From an uncultured Planctomycetia bacterium (GTDB lineage Bacteria; Omnitrophota; Gorgyraeia; JABMRG01; JAFGKX01), in assembly GCA_964570585.1 (NCBI GenBank), contig CAZMYR010000003.1:22749-86748 (forward strand): DNA of 64,000 bases, in the 5' to 3' direction. This document shows positions 9,702-18,992 of the stretch, piece after piece; position 1 is the stretch's first letter, and the number at the start of each line of letters is the position of its first letter. The position numbers and the translations under genes were made by a program. The notes beneath the pieces were generated by a model. The model worked only from the letters and a program-made list of their open reading frames with translations. It ran no database searches and was not told where the DNA came from.

Positions 9702-10238
9702 TTATGCTACCGTCTTTCCTGCTTTCTTCCTCACATATTCACCGACATATCTTATGCCTTTACCCTTATATGGCTCAGGTTTATAAAAATCCCTTATCTC
9801 CGCAGCCGTTTCTCCGACAGCCTGCTTATCAATACCCTTAACTACAATTTGGGTAGGTTTCGGAGTCTCTATGGTAATACCATCCGGTATCCGATATTCT
9901 ATCGGGTGAGAAAATCCAAGGTTTAATGTGAGTTTTTTGCCGGAAACCAGGGCTTTAAAACCTACCCCTATAATCTCTAACTGTTTAGAAAAACCTTCCT
10001 TCACTCCTTTTATCATATTTGCAATCAGCGCTCTAGCTAGTCCATGTAATGCCCGGTGCTGTTTATCGTCGGAAGATCTAATTACCGCAATTGTATTATC
10101 TTTAATATCGACATCTATCCCCTGCGCCAAAGAATAATCCAATTTGCCTTTTGGGCCTTCAACGTAAACTACATTATCTCGTTTTTGAACTTTTACCCCT
10201 TCAGGTATATTAATAGGTCTTTTTCCTATTCTGGACAT
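9702..10238 (-). CDS. rplF: 50S ribosomal protein L6
   Basis: MSRIGKRP, PEPYKGKGIRY. Confidence 0.99.
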   Translation of the reverse strand: MSRIGKRPINIPEGVKVQKRDNVVYVEGPKGKLDYSLAQGIDVDIKDNTIAVIRSSDDKQHRALHGLARALIANMIKGVKEGFSKQLEIIGVGFKALVSGKKLTLNLGFSHPIEYRIPDGITIETPKPTQIVVKGIDKQAVGETAAEIRDFYKPEPYKGKGIRYVGEYVRKKAGKTVA

Positions 10239-10247
10239 TTTATAATC

Positions 10248-10652
10248 CTACCAAACGTGACAGAGAATTTCTCCACCAATCTTAATATCTCTACATTCTT
10301 TGTCTGTTCTAATGCCCTTTGATGTCGACACAATGGCGATGCCTATCCCTCCTAATACAGATTTGACCTGGTCTGATTTTTCATAAATCCTTAAGCCTGG
10401 CTTAGAAATCCTTTTAAGATTACTTATCACAGGAGTTTTCTGTTTATCTTTACCATATTTTAGATAAATTCTTAATATTCCCTGTTTGTTATCTTCTATT
10501 TTTTTGAAATTTCTAATATAACCTTCTCTTTTTAATATTTGGGCTATCTGTTCTTTAATATTTGACGAAGGACAATCTACATTTGCCTTTCTGGCTTTCA
10601 ATGCATTTCTTATTAATGTTAAGAAATTGGCTATCGGATCTGTCATGCTCAT
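10248..10652 (-). CDS. rpsH: 30S ribosomal protein S8
   Basis: [31 protein letters not shown]; start at 10652 after GGAG. Confidence 0.98.
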   Translation of the reverse strand: MSMTDPIANFLTLIRNALKARKANVDCPSSNIKEQIAQILKREGYIRNFKKIEDNKQGILRIYLKYGKDKQKTPVISNLKRISKPGLRIYEKSDQVKSVLGGIGIAIVSTSKGIRTDKECRDIKIGGEILCHVW

Positions 10653-10666
10653 TACTTTCTCCATGT

Positions 10667-10748
10667 TGGTGCCATGCACTGCGGTGCCACCCTACGTGGC
10701 AAAACTGTATATTTAAAAGGTAGGGTGGCACCGCAGTGCATGGCACCA
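10667..10748. repeat. REPIN-like element family B (29-bp perfect inverted repeat, 24-nt spacer), copy 1
   Basis: tggtgccatgcactgcggtgccaccctac / gtagggtggcaccgcagtgcatggcacca. Confidence 0.92.
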
Positions 10749-10752
10749 TTTC

Positions 10753-10938
10753 TCACCAACTTGCCTTAGTAACGCCTGGTATTTCACCACTGGATGCTAA
10801 TTCCCTAAAACAAATTCTACACAATTTAAATTTCCTAATGTACCCTCTAGGCCTACCGCACCTTTGACAACGATTGTAAGCCCTCACTTTAAACTTAGGT
10901 TTCTTTCTTTGTTTTTCTATTAACGCTTTCTTAGCCAT
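10753..10938 (-). CDS. rpsN: 30S ribosomal protein S14 (zinc-binding type Z)
   Basis: [10 protein letters not shown]...LCRICFRE. Confidence 0.98.
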   Translation of the reverse strand: MAKKALIEKQRKKPKFKVRAYNRCQRCGRPRGYIRKFKLCRICFRELASSGEIPGVTKASW

Positions 10939-10944
10939 ATCTCT

Positions 10945-11490
10945 CTACTTTTCTTTAAGGGGCATACCCAGATATTTTAAAAGTTCATAAGCTACATCTT
11001 TGGTAGTCTTTGTTAAGTTTACAGTAATATCCATGCCCAGGGTTTTATAAACTTTATCCGGCTCAATCTCAGGAAATATTAGTTGTTCAGAAAGGCCAAA
11101 TGTATAATTGCCATGCCCGTCAAAACTATTAGCAGGCAATCCTTTAAAATCTCTAATTCTTGGTATTGCCACGTTGACAAGCCTGTCTAAAAATTCATAC
11201 ATTCTGGCTCTTCTTAAAGTAACCATACAGCCAACAGATGAACCCTTTCTGATCTTAAAATTAGAAATTGCTCTTTTGGCTTTAGTAACAACAGGCTTTT
11301 GCCCTGTAATTATTGCCAGGTCTTTCTGGGCCTCTTCAACTATTTTTGTATCGTGAGCTCCTGCCCCTATACCCATATTTACCACAATCTTTTTTATGCG
11401 AGGCACCTGAAAGCGATTCTTATAGCCGAATTTCTGCACTAAAGAAGGCACTGCCTCTCTTCTATATCTTTCTAATAACCTTGGGACCAT
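10945..11490 (-). CDS. rplE: 50S ribosomal protein L5
   Basis: KIVVNMG, ITGQKP, PRIRDFKG. Confidence 0.98.
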   Translation of the reverse strand: MVPRLLERYRREAVPSLVQKFGYKNRFQVPRIKKIVVNMGIGAGAHDTKIVEEAQKDLAIITGQKPVVTKAKRAISNFKIRKGSSVGCMVTLRRARMYEFLDRLVNVAIPRIRDFKGLPANSFDGHGNYTFGLSEQLIFPEIEPDKVYKTLGMDITVNLTKTTKDVAYELLKYLGMPLKEK

Positions 11491-11496
11491 AATTTA

Positions 11497-11805
11497 TCAC
11501 AATATCTCTTCACATTTTTTACAATAACGTGATTTTTTACCATCGCTTAAAACAGTAATCCCAATTCTTGTTGGTTTGTTGCACCTTGGGCAAATAACTT
11601 TTAAGTTAGAAATATTAATGGCGGCCTCTTTTCGGACTATACCACCTTGTTGAGCTTGTTGAGTTTTGCGAGTATGACGCTTGATAAAATTTATCCCTTC
11701 TACGATTACCCTGTTTTCTTTAGGAAAAACCCGTAAGACCTTGCCGGTTTTGCCCTTATCTTTACCCGCCACAACTCTTACTTGATCATTTCTTCTTATT
11801 CTCAT
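11497..11805 (-). CDS. rplX: 50S ribosomal protein L24
   Basis: AGKDKGKTGKV, VEGIN. Confidence 0.98.
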   Translation of the reverse strand: MRIRRNDQVRVVAGKDKGKTGKVLRVFPKENRVIVEGINFIKRHTRKTQQAQQGGIVRKEAAINISNLKVICPRCNKPTRIGITVLSDGKKSRYCKKCEEIL

Positions 11806-11810
11806 CCGGG

Positions 11811-12179
11811 TTATATAACCTCCGGTGCAAGCGATACTATCTTTGCAAAACGTTTCTCTCTTAGTTCTCGTGCAACAGGACCAAATATTCTACTGCCACG
11901 CGGATTACCCGCTTCATCTATAAGGACACAGGCGTTCCCATCAAATTTTAATGTCGAACCATCCTTCCTCCTTATGGCATTGCGGGTTCGAACTATTACC
12001 GCTTTAACCTTCTCACCCTTCTTTATTAAAGAATCAGGAGTTGCTTCTCTTACGCTACCGCTTACAACGTCTCCAATATCTGCATATTTTTTTTCAGAAC
12101 GATGGACAACGCCGATACAACGCACGACCCGCGCCCCGGTATTATCCGCAATCTCTAGCATGCTTCTAGGATATATCAT
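11811..12179 (-). CDS. rplN: 50S ribosomal protein L14
   Basis: [22 protein letters not shown]. Confidence 0.98.
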   Translation of the reverse strand: MIYPRSMLEIADNTGARVVRCIGVVHRSEKKYADIGDVVSGSVREATPDSLIKKGEKVKAVIVRTRNAIRRKDGSTLKFDGNACVLIDEAGNPRGSRIFGPVARELREKRFAKIVSLAPEVI

Positions 12180-12186
12180 TCTCTCT

Positions 12187-12217
12187 CTACAAACTACGAA
12201 CTACCAACTACAAACTA
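12187..12217. repeat. 7-nt tandem array
   Basis: ctacaaa ctacgaa ctaccaa ctacaaa cta abutting the rpsQ stop. Confidence 0.75.
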
Positions 12218-12472
12218 TTTGATTACCTCTATTATGCGATAGCGTTTCCCTTTTGATAAAGGCCTGGTTGGCAGTATTTTAACCTTATCTCCAATCTTGG
12301 CAACATTTTTAGGGTCATGGGCCTTAACCTTACGTCTATGCTTTATAATCTTTTTATACAGTTTATGAGTAGTGAAATTCTCCAACCTTACCACTGCTGC
12401 TTTATTCATCTTATCACTTACTACTATGCCGATTTGAGATTTAAGCTTTTTCCTTTTTATCTGTTTTTGCAT
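12215..12472 (-). CDS. rpsQ: 30S ribosomal protein S17
   Basis: GIVVSDKMNK, KAHD, RPLSK. Confidence 0.97.
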   Translation of the reverse strand: MQKQIKRKKLKSQIGIVVSDKMNKAAVVRLENFTTHKLYKKIIKHRRKVKAHDPKNVAKIGDKVKILPTRPLSKGKRYRIIEVIK

Positions 12473-12656
12473 AACTTGCCTCTTTTAAAATAGTTAAAAT
12501 CCTGGCTATATCTTTCCTTGTTTGAGAAATTCTAGATGGCTTCTCCAGCTTGCCCATTTTGGCATAAGTGCGCAAATTTATCAGTTCTTTCTTTAAGGAG
12601 AACTGTTTAGATGCAAGTTCTTCCATGGTCATATCTCTTAATTCGTCGGGCTTCAC
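12441..12656 (-). CDS. rpmC: 50S ribosomal protein L29
   Basis: ELRDM...RKDIARILT, between rplP and rpsQ. Confidence 0.95.
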   Translation of the reverse strand: MKPDELRDMTMEELASKQFSLKKELINLRTYAKMGKLEKPSRISQTRKDIARILTILKEASYAKTDKKEKA

Positions 12657-12675
12657 GTTTTATCTTCCTTTGTTT

Positions 12676-12725
12676 CTTACAACTTAAAACTTACGACTTA
12701 CAACTAACCGAGCGTAGCGAGGTTA
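12676..12725. repeat. 7-nt array plus short palindrome
   Basis: cttacaa cttaaaa cttacga cttacaa then aaccgagcgtagcgaggtt. Confidence 0.7.
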
Positions 12726-13139
12726 TACGTGTTTTCTCCCAATGAGCTTTGTCTTAAAAGGTATTTTGCTTGCAGCAAGCCTAAGAGCGTCTTTAGCTAC
12801 CTCTCCGGGTACTCCTTCAACTTCAAAAAGAACTCTGCCCCTTCTTATTACAGCTACCCAAAACTCAGGCATCCCTTTACCTTTGCCCATTCTTGTTTCT
12901 GCTGGTTTCTTGCTAACCGATTTATCCGGAAAAACTCTTATCCAGACTTTCCCTCCTCCTCTTAAATGACGGGTAAGCACTACCCTGGCTGCTTCAATCT
13001 GGGTATTCTTAAGCCAGGCATTCCCTAAAGCCTGCAGTCCATATTCTCCAAAGCAGACCTTACTACCAGCAACAGCCAAGCCTTTTCTTCGTCCTCTTTG
13101 CGACTTGCGATATTTTACTCTTTTAGGCATCAATACCAT
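12723..13139 (-). CDS. rplP: 50S ribosomal protein L16
   Basis: QIEAAR, WIRVFPD, RMGKGKG. Confidence 0.99.
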   Translation of the reverse strand: MVLMPKRVKYRKSQRGRRKGLAVAGSKVCFGEYGLQALGNAWLKNTQIEAARVVLTRHLRGGGKVWIRVFPDKSVSKKPAETRMGKGKGMPEFWVAVIRRGRVLFEVEGVPGEVAKDALRLAASKIPFKTKLIGRKHV

Positions 13140-13152
13140 AATAAACCCATGT

Positions 13153-13234
13153 TGGTGCCATGCACTGCGGTGCCACCCTACCTTTTAAATATACAGTTTT
13201 GCCACGTAGGGTGGCACCGCAGTGCATGGCACCA
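13153..13234. repeat. REPIN-like element family B, copy 2 (spacer inverted relative to copy 1)
   Basis: Same 29-bp arms as 10667-10748; spacer is the reverse complement. Confidence 0.92.
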
Positions 13235-13930
13235 TTACTTACGTTTTGGTTTTACGGCTTGCGTCTTAAGCTTTTCGCTATCTTTATTTTCATCCCTTTT
13301 ACCAGGGAGTATCTCGCCTCTGCATACCCATACTTTAACACCAATTAGACCATAAGCGGTATGTGCTTCACAAAAGCCGTATTCTATATCTGCTCTAAAT
13401 GTCTGTAATGGGACCTTCCCTTCCTTGTAAACCTCTGAGCGGGAGAGCTCAAGGCCGCCAAGTCTCCCAGAACATCTTATTTTTACCCCCTCTGCGCCGT
13501 GATTCATAGTCATCTGCACCGCTTTTTTCATGACCCTCCGAAAAGCTACCCTTTTCTCTATTTGAAAAGCGACGTTTTCAGCAATTAGCTGAGCATTTAC
13601 CTGTGGGTCTTTAACCTCTTTGATATCTATAAAAACATCCTTATTTGTTACGTTGGTCAAATCATCTCTTAATCTATCTATATCTGCTCCCTTCCTACCG
13701 ATTATGATTCCCGGCCTGGCAGTATGAATGATAGCCCGTATTCTGTTGCTGGCTCTTTCAATCTCTATATTTGATATCGCAGCAGAAAAATATTGCTTTT
13801 TAATATAATCTTTTATTTTAAGATCTTCGTGAAGAAACTCAGCAAAATTCTTTGATTTCGAAAACCATCTGGATTTCCATGGCTTTATATATCCGACTCT
13901 TAAACCATATGGATGAGTTTTTCGTCCCAA
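13235..13930 (-). CDS. rpsC: 30S ribosomal protein S3
   Basis: MGRKTHPYGLR, RPGIIIGRKG, GRLGG, VPLQTFRADI. Confidence 0.99.
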   Translation of the reverse strand: MGRKTHPYGLRVGYIKPWKSRWFSKSKNFAEFLHEDLKIKDYIKKQYFSAAISNIEIERASNRIRAIIHTARPGIIIGRKGADIDRLRDDLTNVTNKDVFIDIKEVKDPQVNAQLIAENVAFQIEKRVAFRRVMKKAVQMTMNHGAEGVKIRCSGRLGGLELSRSEVYKEGKVPLQTFRADIEYGFCEAHTAYGLIGVKVWVCRGEILPGKRDENKDSEKLKTQAVKPKRK

Positions 13931-13931
13931 T

Positions 13932-14366
13932 TTATTTTTTTCCTCCAGTCTTTACAGCTTTTTTTTCTTTTTTACCCTGTAACTTTTCAACTTTTTTAAC
14001 TTTTGGAACTTTTTTAACTGTTTTAGATACCGGCGTTAAGGTATCCAATTCAACAGTCAAATGACAGGACCTTTTTCTAATCATGGCTGCCATACCCATA
14101 GCTCGGGCTTTATATCTCTTTAGCATAGGTCCGCCGTCCGCAAATATCCTGCAAATATATAAATCATTTTCATCAACGTTAGGCAGCCTTTTCGCGTTAG
14201 CTACTGCAGAGTAGACAGCTTTATAAATATAAGATGCTGCTTTCTTATTCGTATTTTCCAATATGGAGAGGGCTACAGGCACAGTCTTGTTCCTAATTAA
14301 AGGCAGAAGGAGCCTTAGTTTCTTCGGAGAAATCCTCAAATATTTTATTTTTGCTTTCGCTATCAT
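13932..14366 (-). CDS. rplV: 50S ribosomal protein L22 with repeat-derived C-tail
   Basis: RISPKK, SAVANA, ADGGPMLKR. Confidence 0.97.
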   Translation of the reverse strand: MIAKAKIKYLRISPKKLRLLLPLIRNKTVPVALSILENTNKKAASYIYKAVYSAVANAKRLPNVDENDLYICRIFADGGPMLKRYKARAMGMAAMIRKRSCHLTVELDTLTPVSKTVKKVPKVKKVEKLQGKKEKKAVKTGGKK

Positions 14367-14370
14367 ATTA

Positions 14371-14455
14371 GGATTGCTTCGGTTGCCTTCGGCAACCTCG
14401 CAATAAATTCGGACTTATCACTTACGTCGTCCTACGGACTCCGTAAGTGATGTCC
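14371..14455. repeat. Two adjacent palindromic elements
   Basis: gattgcttcggttgccttcggcaacctcgcaat (same family as 169-204) and ggac-ttatcacttacg...cgtaagtgat-gtcc. Confidence 0.75.
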
Positions 14456-14459
14456 TCAT

Positions 14460-14747
14460 TTACTTCAGTGCTACCGGTTCCTTTATATGCGCAGCGCCAT
14501 GGGACCTAAAAGTCCTGGTTGGGGCAAACTCTCCCAATTTATGACCAACCATATTCTCAGTTACAAATACTGAAATAAACCTATTGCCGTTGTGTATAGA
14601 AAATGTAAGGCCAACAAATTCCGGAATAATAGTAGAGCGCCTTGACCAGGTCTTAATAGGTTTCTTCTCGCCTTTTCTGGCCATCTTTTCTATCTTTTCT
14701 AACAGCCTCGGATCTACGTATGGACCTTTTTTAATTGATCTGCTCAT
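14460..14747 (-). CDS. rpsS: 30S ribosomal protein S19
   Basis: [26 protein letters not shown]. Confidence 0.99.
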   Translation of the reverse strand: MSRSIKKGPYVDPRLLEKIEKMARKGEKKPIKTWSRRSTIIPEFVGLTFSIHNGNRFISVFVTENMVGHKLGEFAPTRTFRSHGAAHIKEPVALK

Positions 14748-14754
14748 TTATTTT

Positions 14755-15603
14755 TTATCCTTTTTTCTTTTTCTTCCTCTTAGGTCTTCTTTTTAATATA
14801 TATTTATCAGAAAGTTTTTTCTTCTTTCTTGTCTTCAACCCCTTGGTAATTTTACCCCATGGGGTAGATGGATGCCTGCCGCCTGAAGATTTTCCTTCAC
14901 CCCCGCCAAGTGGATGATCGACAGGATTCATAGCAACACCTCTAGTCCCAGGTCGTATGCCCAACCATCTGCTTCTGCCGGCTTTTCCAATAGATTCTCC
15001 CTTATGTTCAACATTGCTCACCTGTCCTATTGTGGCATAGCAATCTAAATCTACTAATCTTACTTCTCCGGATGGCATTTTAACGTGAGCCCATCTTTCT
15101 TCTTTTGCTAGAATCTGTGCAGAGGAACCAGCGCTGCGAACCGCCAGGGCTCCTTTACCTTTGTATAATTCCAGATTATGAATCAAGGTACCAGATGGGA
15201 TGTGCCTAAGCTGCATACAGTTACCTGCTTTTACATCTGTTTTCTCAGATGTTAAAATCTCATCTCCGACTTTAAGACCCTGGGGGCATAGAATATACCT
15301 TTTTTCACCATCCTCATACTCAACCAATGCTATACGCGCAGTGCGATTAGGGTCATATTCTATCGAAATAACTTTTGCTTTTATATCTCTTCTATCTCTC
15401 TTAAAATCAACGATGCGAATTCTCCTTTTGTGTCCGCCTCCTCTGTGCCTGACCGTAATCCGCCCCTGCACATTTCTTCCCCCGCTCTTTTTTAGAGGTA
15501 GGGTAAGGGGTTTATATGGTTTAGTGGCAGTAATATCCTCAAAGGAAGAGATTCGTGTCCATCGTTTGCCAGGTGTTATAGGTTTATATTTCTTTATAGC
15601 CAT
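14755..15603 (-). CDS. rplB: 50S ribosomal protein L2
   Basis: [23 protein letters not shown]. Confidence 0.99.
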   Translation of the reverse strand: MAIKKYKPITPGKRWTRISSFEDITATKPYKPLTLPLKKSGGRNVQGRITVRHRGGGHKRRIRIVDFKRDRRDIKAKVISIEYDPNRTARIALVEYEDGEKRYILCPQGLKVGDEILTSEKTDVKAGNCMQLRHIPSGTLIHNLELYKGKGALAVRSAGSSAQILAKEERWAHVKMPSGEVRLVDLDCYATIGQVSNVEHKGESIGKAGRSRWLGIRPGTRGVAMNPVDHPLGGGEGKSSGGRHPSTPWGKITKGLKTRKKKKLSDKYILKRRPKRKKKKKG

Positions 15604-15604
15604 T

Positions 15605-15895
15605 TTACGTGCTCACCACCTCTATAACGTCGCCTTCTTTTAGTGTGACCATGGCTTTCTTCCAACCGGATGTATGTCCCAATTTATATCTGACTCTACG
15701 AGGTTTCCCTTTCACATTCATGACATTAACAGATACAACTTTTACTTTATGTATATCTTCAACTGCTTTCTTTATCTGTATTTTATTTGCTAATTTATCG
15801 ACGAGGAAAAGATACTTATTCTGCCGCATTAATCTTGTGCCTTTTTCAGTCCTTAATAGGGACTTTATAATATCATAAGATGTCTTTGTCTTCAT
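15605..15895 (-). CDS. rplW: 50S ribosomal protein L23
   Basis: [23 protein letters not shown]. Confidence 0.97.
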   Translation of the reverse strand: MKTKTSYDIIKSLLRTEKGTRLMRQNKYLFLVDKLANKIQIKKAVEDIHKVKVVSVNVMNVKGKPRRVRYKLGHTSGWKKAMVTLKEGDVIEVVST

Positions 15896-15963
15896 CCCGC
15901 ACCTTTTATTTATTCATCCCGGACCTTTTTAATATTACTTTTGAATATTTTAAAGGTGCGGGA
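15895..15963. mobile_element. MITE-like element family E (TCCCGCACCTT...AAGGTGCGGGA), 69 bp, TTCA target duplication
   Basis: 11-bp terminal inverted repeats flanked by TTCA at 15891-15894 and 15964-15967; second copy at 57675-57743. Confidence 0.8.
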
Positions 15964-15964
15964 T

Positions 15965-16600
15965 TCATTGCGTCAATCTCTTTTCTAAATTTGTGAAAGC
16001 TGATCTTTCAATAAGAATCTTCTCTGCCAGGATTACTCTATATGCATTGACATCACAACCTCTTAGCACAGCTACTTTCTTTAGGTTGTTTGATGCTTTT
16101 TTCAATTTTTCATTCACCGAATCTACTACAAGTAATAATCTTTCTTTATCAAAATCAAGCTTTAATTTTTTTAATATATCGGTAAAACCTTTAGTCTTAT
16201 GAGAAGCCAATTCTATCTTGTCCAGGATTATAATTTTGTTTTCATTTATTTTATCGTTAAGAGCCGATCGTAATGCCTGTTTAAGTGCCTTTGCGGGTAA
16301 TCTGTAATAATAATCTTTTGGTTTTGGCCCAAAAGTAATACCTCCGCCTCTCCACAAAGGAGATCTTATGCTACCGGCCCTTGCCCTACCTGTACCTTTT
16401 TGTCTCCAAGGTTTTCTGCCTCCGCCCCTGACTTCTGCCCTCGCTTTTGTGTTAGCAGAACCTGCTCGCACATTTGTTTGATACATCAATGCCGTTTCAT
16501 GGACTAATGGCTGATTCACAGAACCATCGAATAGTTTCTGATTTAATTTTATATTTCCTATTCTTTTGCCTTCCTGATTTATTATGTCTAATGTTTTCAT
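15965..16600 (-). CDS. rplD: 50S ribosomal protein L4
   Basis: GGGRKPWRQKGTGRARAGSIRSP. Confidence 0.99.
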   Translation of the reverse strand: MKTLDIINQEGKRIGNIKLNQKLFDGSVNQPLVHETALMYQTNVRAGSANTKARAEVRGGGRKPWRQKGTGRARAGSIRSPLWRGGGITFGPKPKDYYYRLPAKALKQALRSALNDKINENKIIILDKIELASHKTKGFTDILKKLKLDFDKERLLLVVDSVNEKLKKASNNLKKVAVLRGCDVNAYRVILAEKILIERSAFTNLEKRLTQ

Positions 16601-16618
16601 GTGTCACCGAACACCGAA

Positions 16619-17308
16619 CTAAGCTTTAGCCGCCTTTTTAACCTCCTTGGTTTCTTCAGGTTTCTTCGCTGGGAGTTTCTTACCTTTTACGGCCTTTCTT
16701 ACCACCAAATAATTTCCAGCAGAACCAGGCACAGCTCCTTTAACAACCATTAAATTGCTGTCCTTATTTATCTCCATAACTTCTAAATTTTGAACTGTCA
16801 CCCAATCATTACCCATATGACCCGGCATATGTTGGCCTTTTAAAACTCTCGAAGGATAAGCGCTGGCCCCTATCGAACCGGGCCTTCTATGTGTCATAGA
16901 GCCGTGTGAGGCACCTCCGCCATGCCAGTGCCATCTTTTCATGCCACCCTGAAATCCCTTGCCTATTGAAATCCCTGATATATCTACAAAGTCCCCTTGC
17001 TTGAAAGTATCTAGGAAAAACTGCTGACCTGGTTTAATCTCTTCCGCATTATCTATAGCTACTTCTTTTATAAATCTTAAAGGTTCAGTTTTGGCTTTCT
17101 TAAAATGTCCTAATTCTGGTCTTTTTGTAATTTTTTTAGATTTTTTATCAAAACCTAATTGCACTGCTGAATAGCCATCTTTATCTTCGGTTTTTATTTG
17201 CAGCGCTATGCAAGGACCAACTTCTATTAAAGTTGTAGCAATTGCATCGCCTGCTGATGTAAAATACTGGCTCATTCCTATCTTTTTTCCTAATAATCCC
17301 TTTGGCAT
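16619..17308 (-). CDS. rplC: 50S ribosomal protein L3
   Basis: GKKIGMSQ, GKGFQG, HRRPGSIG, VKGAVPG. Confidence 0.99.
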   Translation of the reverse strand: MPKGLLGKKIGMSQYFTSAGDAIATTLIEVGPCIALQIKTEDKDGYSAVQLGFDKKSKKITKRPELGHFKKAKTEPLRFIKEVAIDNAEEIKPGQQFFLDTFKQGDFVDISGISIGKGFQGGMKRWHWHGGGASHGSMTHRRPGSIGASAYPSRVLKGQHMPGHMGNDWVTVQNLEVMEINKDSNLMVVKGAVPGSAGNYLVVRKAVKGKKLPAKKPEETKEVKKAAKA

Positions 17309-17330
17309 GTTTCCTCGATTTAGCTGGTTT

Positions 17331-17412
17331 CGTATCTAGTATCTAGTATCTAGTATCTAGTATCTAGTATCTAGTATTTCCGAGATACGATTCACGAGAT
17401 ACGAACAACGAA
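17331..17412. repeat. 7-nt tandem array (gtatcta x6) with inverted degenerate arm
   Basis: Six perfect gtatcta units at 17332-17373, then cgagata cgattca cgagata cgaacaa. Confidence 0.88.
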
Positions 17413-17423
17413 GCGCTTATCTC

Positions 17424-17726
17424 CTAGCGTATATCCACATCCACGCCTGCTGGCAAATCCAATCTCTTCAGAGCATCTATTGTCTTTGCAGTCGGTTCAA
17501 TAATGCTTAATAACCTTTTATGAACTTTTATCTGAAACTGCTCTCTAGATCTTTTGTCAATATGGGGAGACCTTAAAACAGTATAATCTTCCCGTTTAGT
17601 AGGCAATGGTATAGGGCCAGAAACCTTAGCCCCTGTCTTCTTGGCAGTTTCCACAATCTCTGCTGCAGATTGATCAAGAATCCTATGGTCATATGCTCTT
17701 AATCTAATCTGTATCTGCTGCTGCAT
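17424..17726 (-). CDS. rpsJ: 30S ribosomal protein S10
   Basis: [27 protein letters not shown]. Confidence 0.99.
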   Translation of the reverse strand: MQQQIQIRLRAYDHRILDQSAAEIVETAKKTGAKVSGPIPLPTKREDYTVLRSPHIDKRSREQFQIKVHKRLLSIIEPTAKTIDALKRLDLPAGVDVDIR

Positions 17727-17735
17727 TTTACCTCT

Positions 17736-18935
17736 CTACTCTATTATCTCCGTAACAACTCCTGCACCTACCGTCCTGCCGCCTTCTCTTATAGCAAACC
17801 TTAATTCTTTTTCCATGGCGATAGGCGTTATAAGAGATCCTTCTAAGGTTACGTTGTCACCCGGCATTACCATCTCAGTGCCTTCCGGAAGTTTTATTGT
17901 CCCGGTAACATCGGTGGTTCTAAAATAGAATTGGGGACGATAGCCGTTGAAGAAGGGGGTATGCCTTCCGCCTTCTTCTTTGCTTAACACATAAACCTTT
18001 GCTTTAAATTTAGTATGCGGGGTTATGGAACCTGGCTTGGCTAAGACCATACCTCTTTCTAGGTCTTTCTTTTCTACGCCACGAAGAAGTATTCCTACGT
18101 TGTCTCCGGCTTGACCTTCATCCAAGAGCTTCCTAAACATCTCAACCCCTGTGACTACACTCTTTTTGGGGGCAGGACGCATACCTACTATCTCTATATC
18201 TTCGTTTATCTTGACTTTTCCTCTTTCTATTCTACCTGTTGCTACTGTGCCTCTTCCGGTTATGGAGAAGACATCTTCTATAGCCAAAAGGAAGGGCTTA
18301 TCAATGTCTCTTTTTGGAGTAGGGATGTATTCATCCACTGCCTTTAAAAGCTCCATGATTGGCTTGGTGGCTTCATTACCAGGGTCTCCCTCTGCTTCCA
18401 TGGCTTTTAAAGCACTTCCTCTTATAATGGGGATTTTGTCTCCCGGAAATTCATATTTTGAAAGAAGTTCCCGGACCTCAAGCTCTACTAAATCTAGGAG
18501 CTCAGGGTCATCAACCATATCTACCTTGTTTAAGAATACAACTATATATGGGACGTTTACCTGGCGGGCTAAGAGGATATGCTCTCTGGTCTGAGGCATA
18601 GGTCCATCAGCTGCTGATACCACCAAAATGGCGCCGTCAGCTTGAGCTGCTCCGGTAATCATGTTCTTAATGTAATCGGCATGCCCAGGGCAGTCTATGT
18701 GGGCATAATGGCGGTTTTCGGTTTCATATTCAACGTGGGCAATGGCTATTGTTATTCCTCTTTCTTTTTCCTCTGGGGCATTGTCTATTGAGTCAAAAGT
18801 CCTGACATCAGCCATACCTTTTTTATTTAAGACCATAGTTATAGCCGACGTAAGACAGGTCTTGCCATGGTCTACGTGGCCTATGGTACCGATGTTTACG
18901 TGTGGTTTACTCCTTACATATTTTTCCTTTGCCAT
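17736..18935 (-). CDS. tuf: Elongation factor Tu (copy downstream of fusA)
   Basis: MAKEK...[20 protein letters not shown]; start at 18935 after GGAGGAG. Confidence 0.99.
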   Translation of the reverse strand: MAKEKYVRSKPHVNIGTIGHVDHGKTCLTSAITMVLNKKGMADVRTFDSIDNAPEEKERGITIAIAHVEYETENRHYAHIDCPGHADYIKNMITGAAQADGAILVVSAADGPMPQTREHILLARQVNVPYIVVFLNKVDMVDDPELLDLVELEVRELLSKYEFPGDKIPIIRGSALKAMEAEGDPGNEATKPIMELLKAVDEYIPTPKRDIDKPFLLAIEDVFSITGRGTVATGRIERGKVKINEDIEIVGMRPAPKKSVVTGVEMFRKLLDEGQAGDNVGILLRGVEKKDLERGMVLAKPGSITPHTKFKAKVYVLSKEEGGRHTPFFNGYRPQFYFRTTDVTGTIKLPEGTEMVMPGDNVTLEGSLITPIAMEKELRFAIREGGRTVGAGVVTEIIE

Positions 18936-18960
18936 TTTCTCCTCCTCTGTAGCGTGAGTT

Positions 18961-18992
18961 TTGCCCCTTTGCTTTCCCAAACGGTGCTTTCT
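18961..18992. repeat. Family C half element
   Basis: ttgcccctttgctttcccaaacggtgc-tttct directly after the fusA stop. Confidence 0.8.

Noticed and set aside
10555-13355. ORFs sharing the peptide [27 protein letters not shown] (10555-10749, 13098-13355, 13160-13348)
   Set aside because: They are translations of the family B palindrome, not a protein family.
18936-18980. N-terminal extensions of EF-Tu, S4, S8, L28, RuvC, RecJ and MscS in the ORF track
   Set aside because: They derive from upstream repeats or overlapping genes; conserved starts, mostly with an RBS or ATGA coupling, lie downstream.
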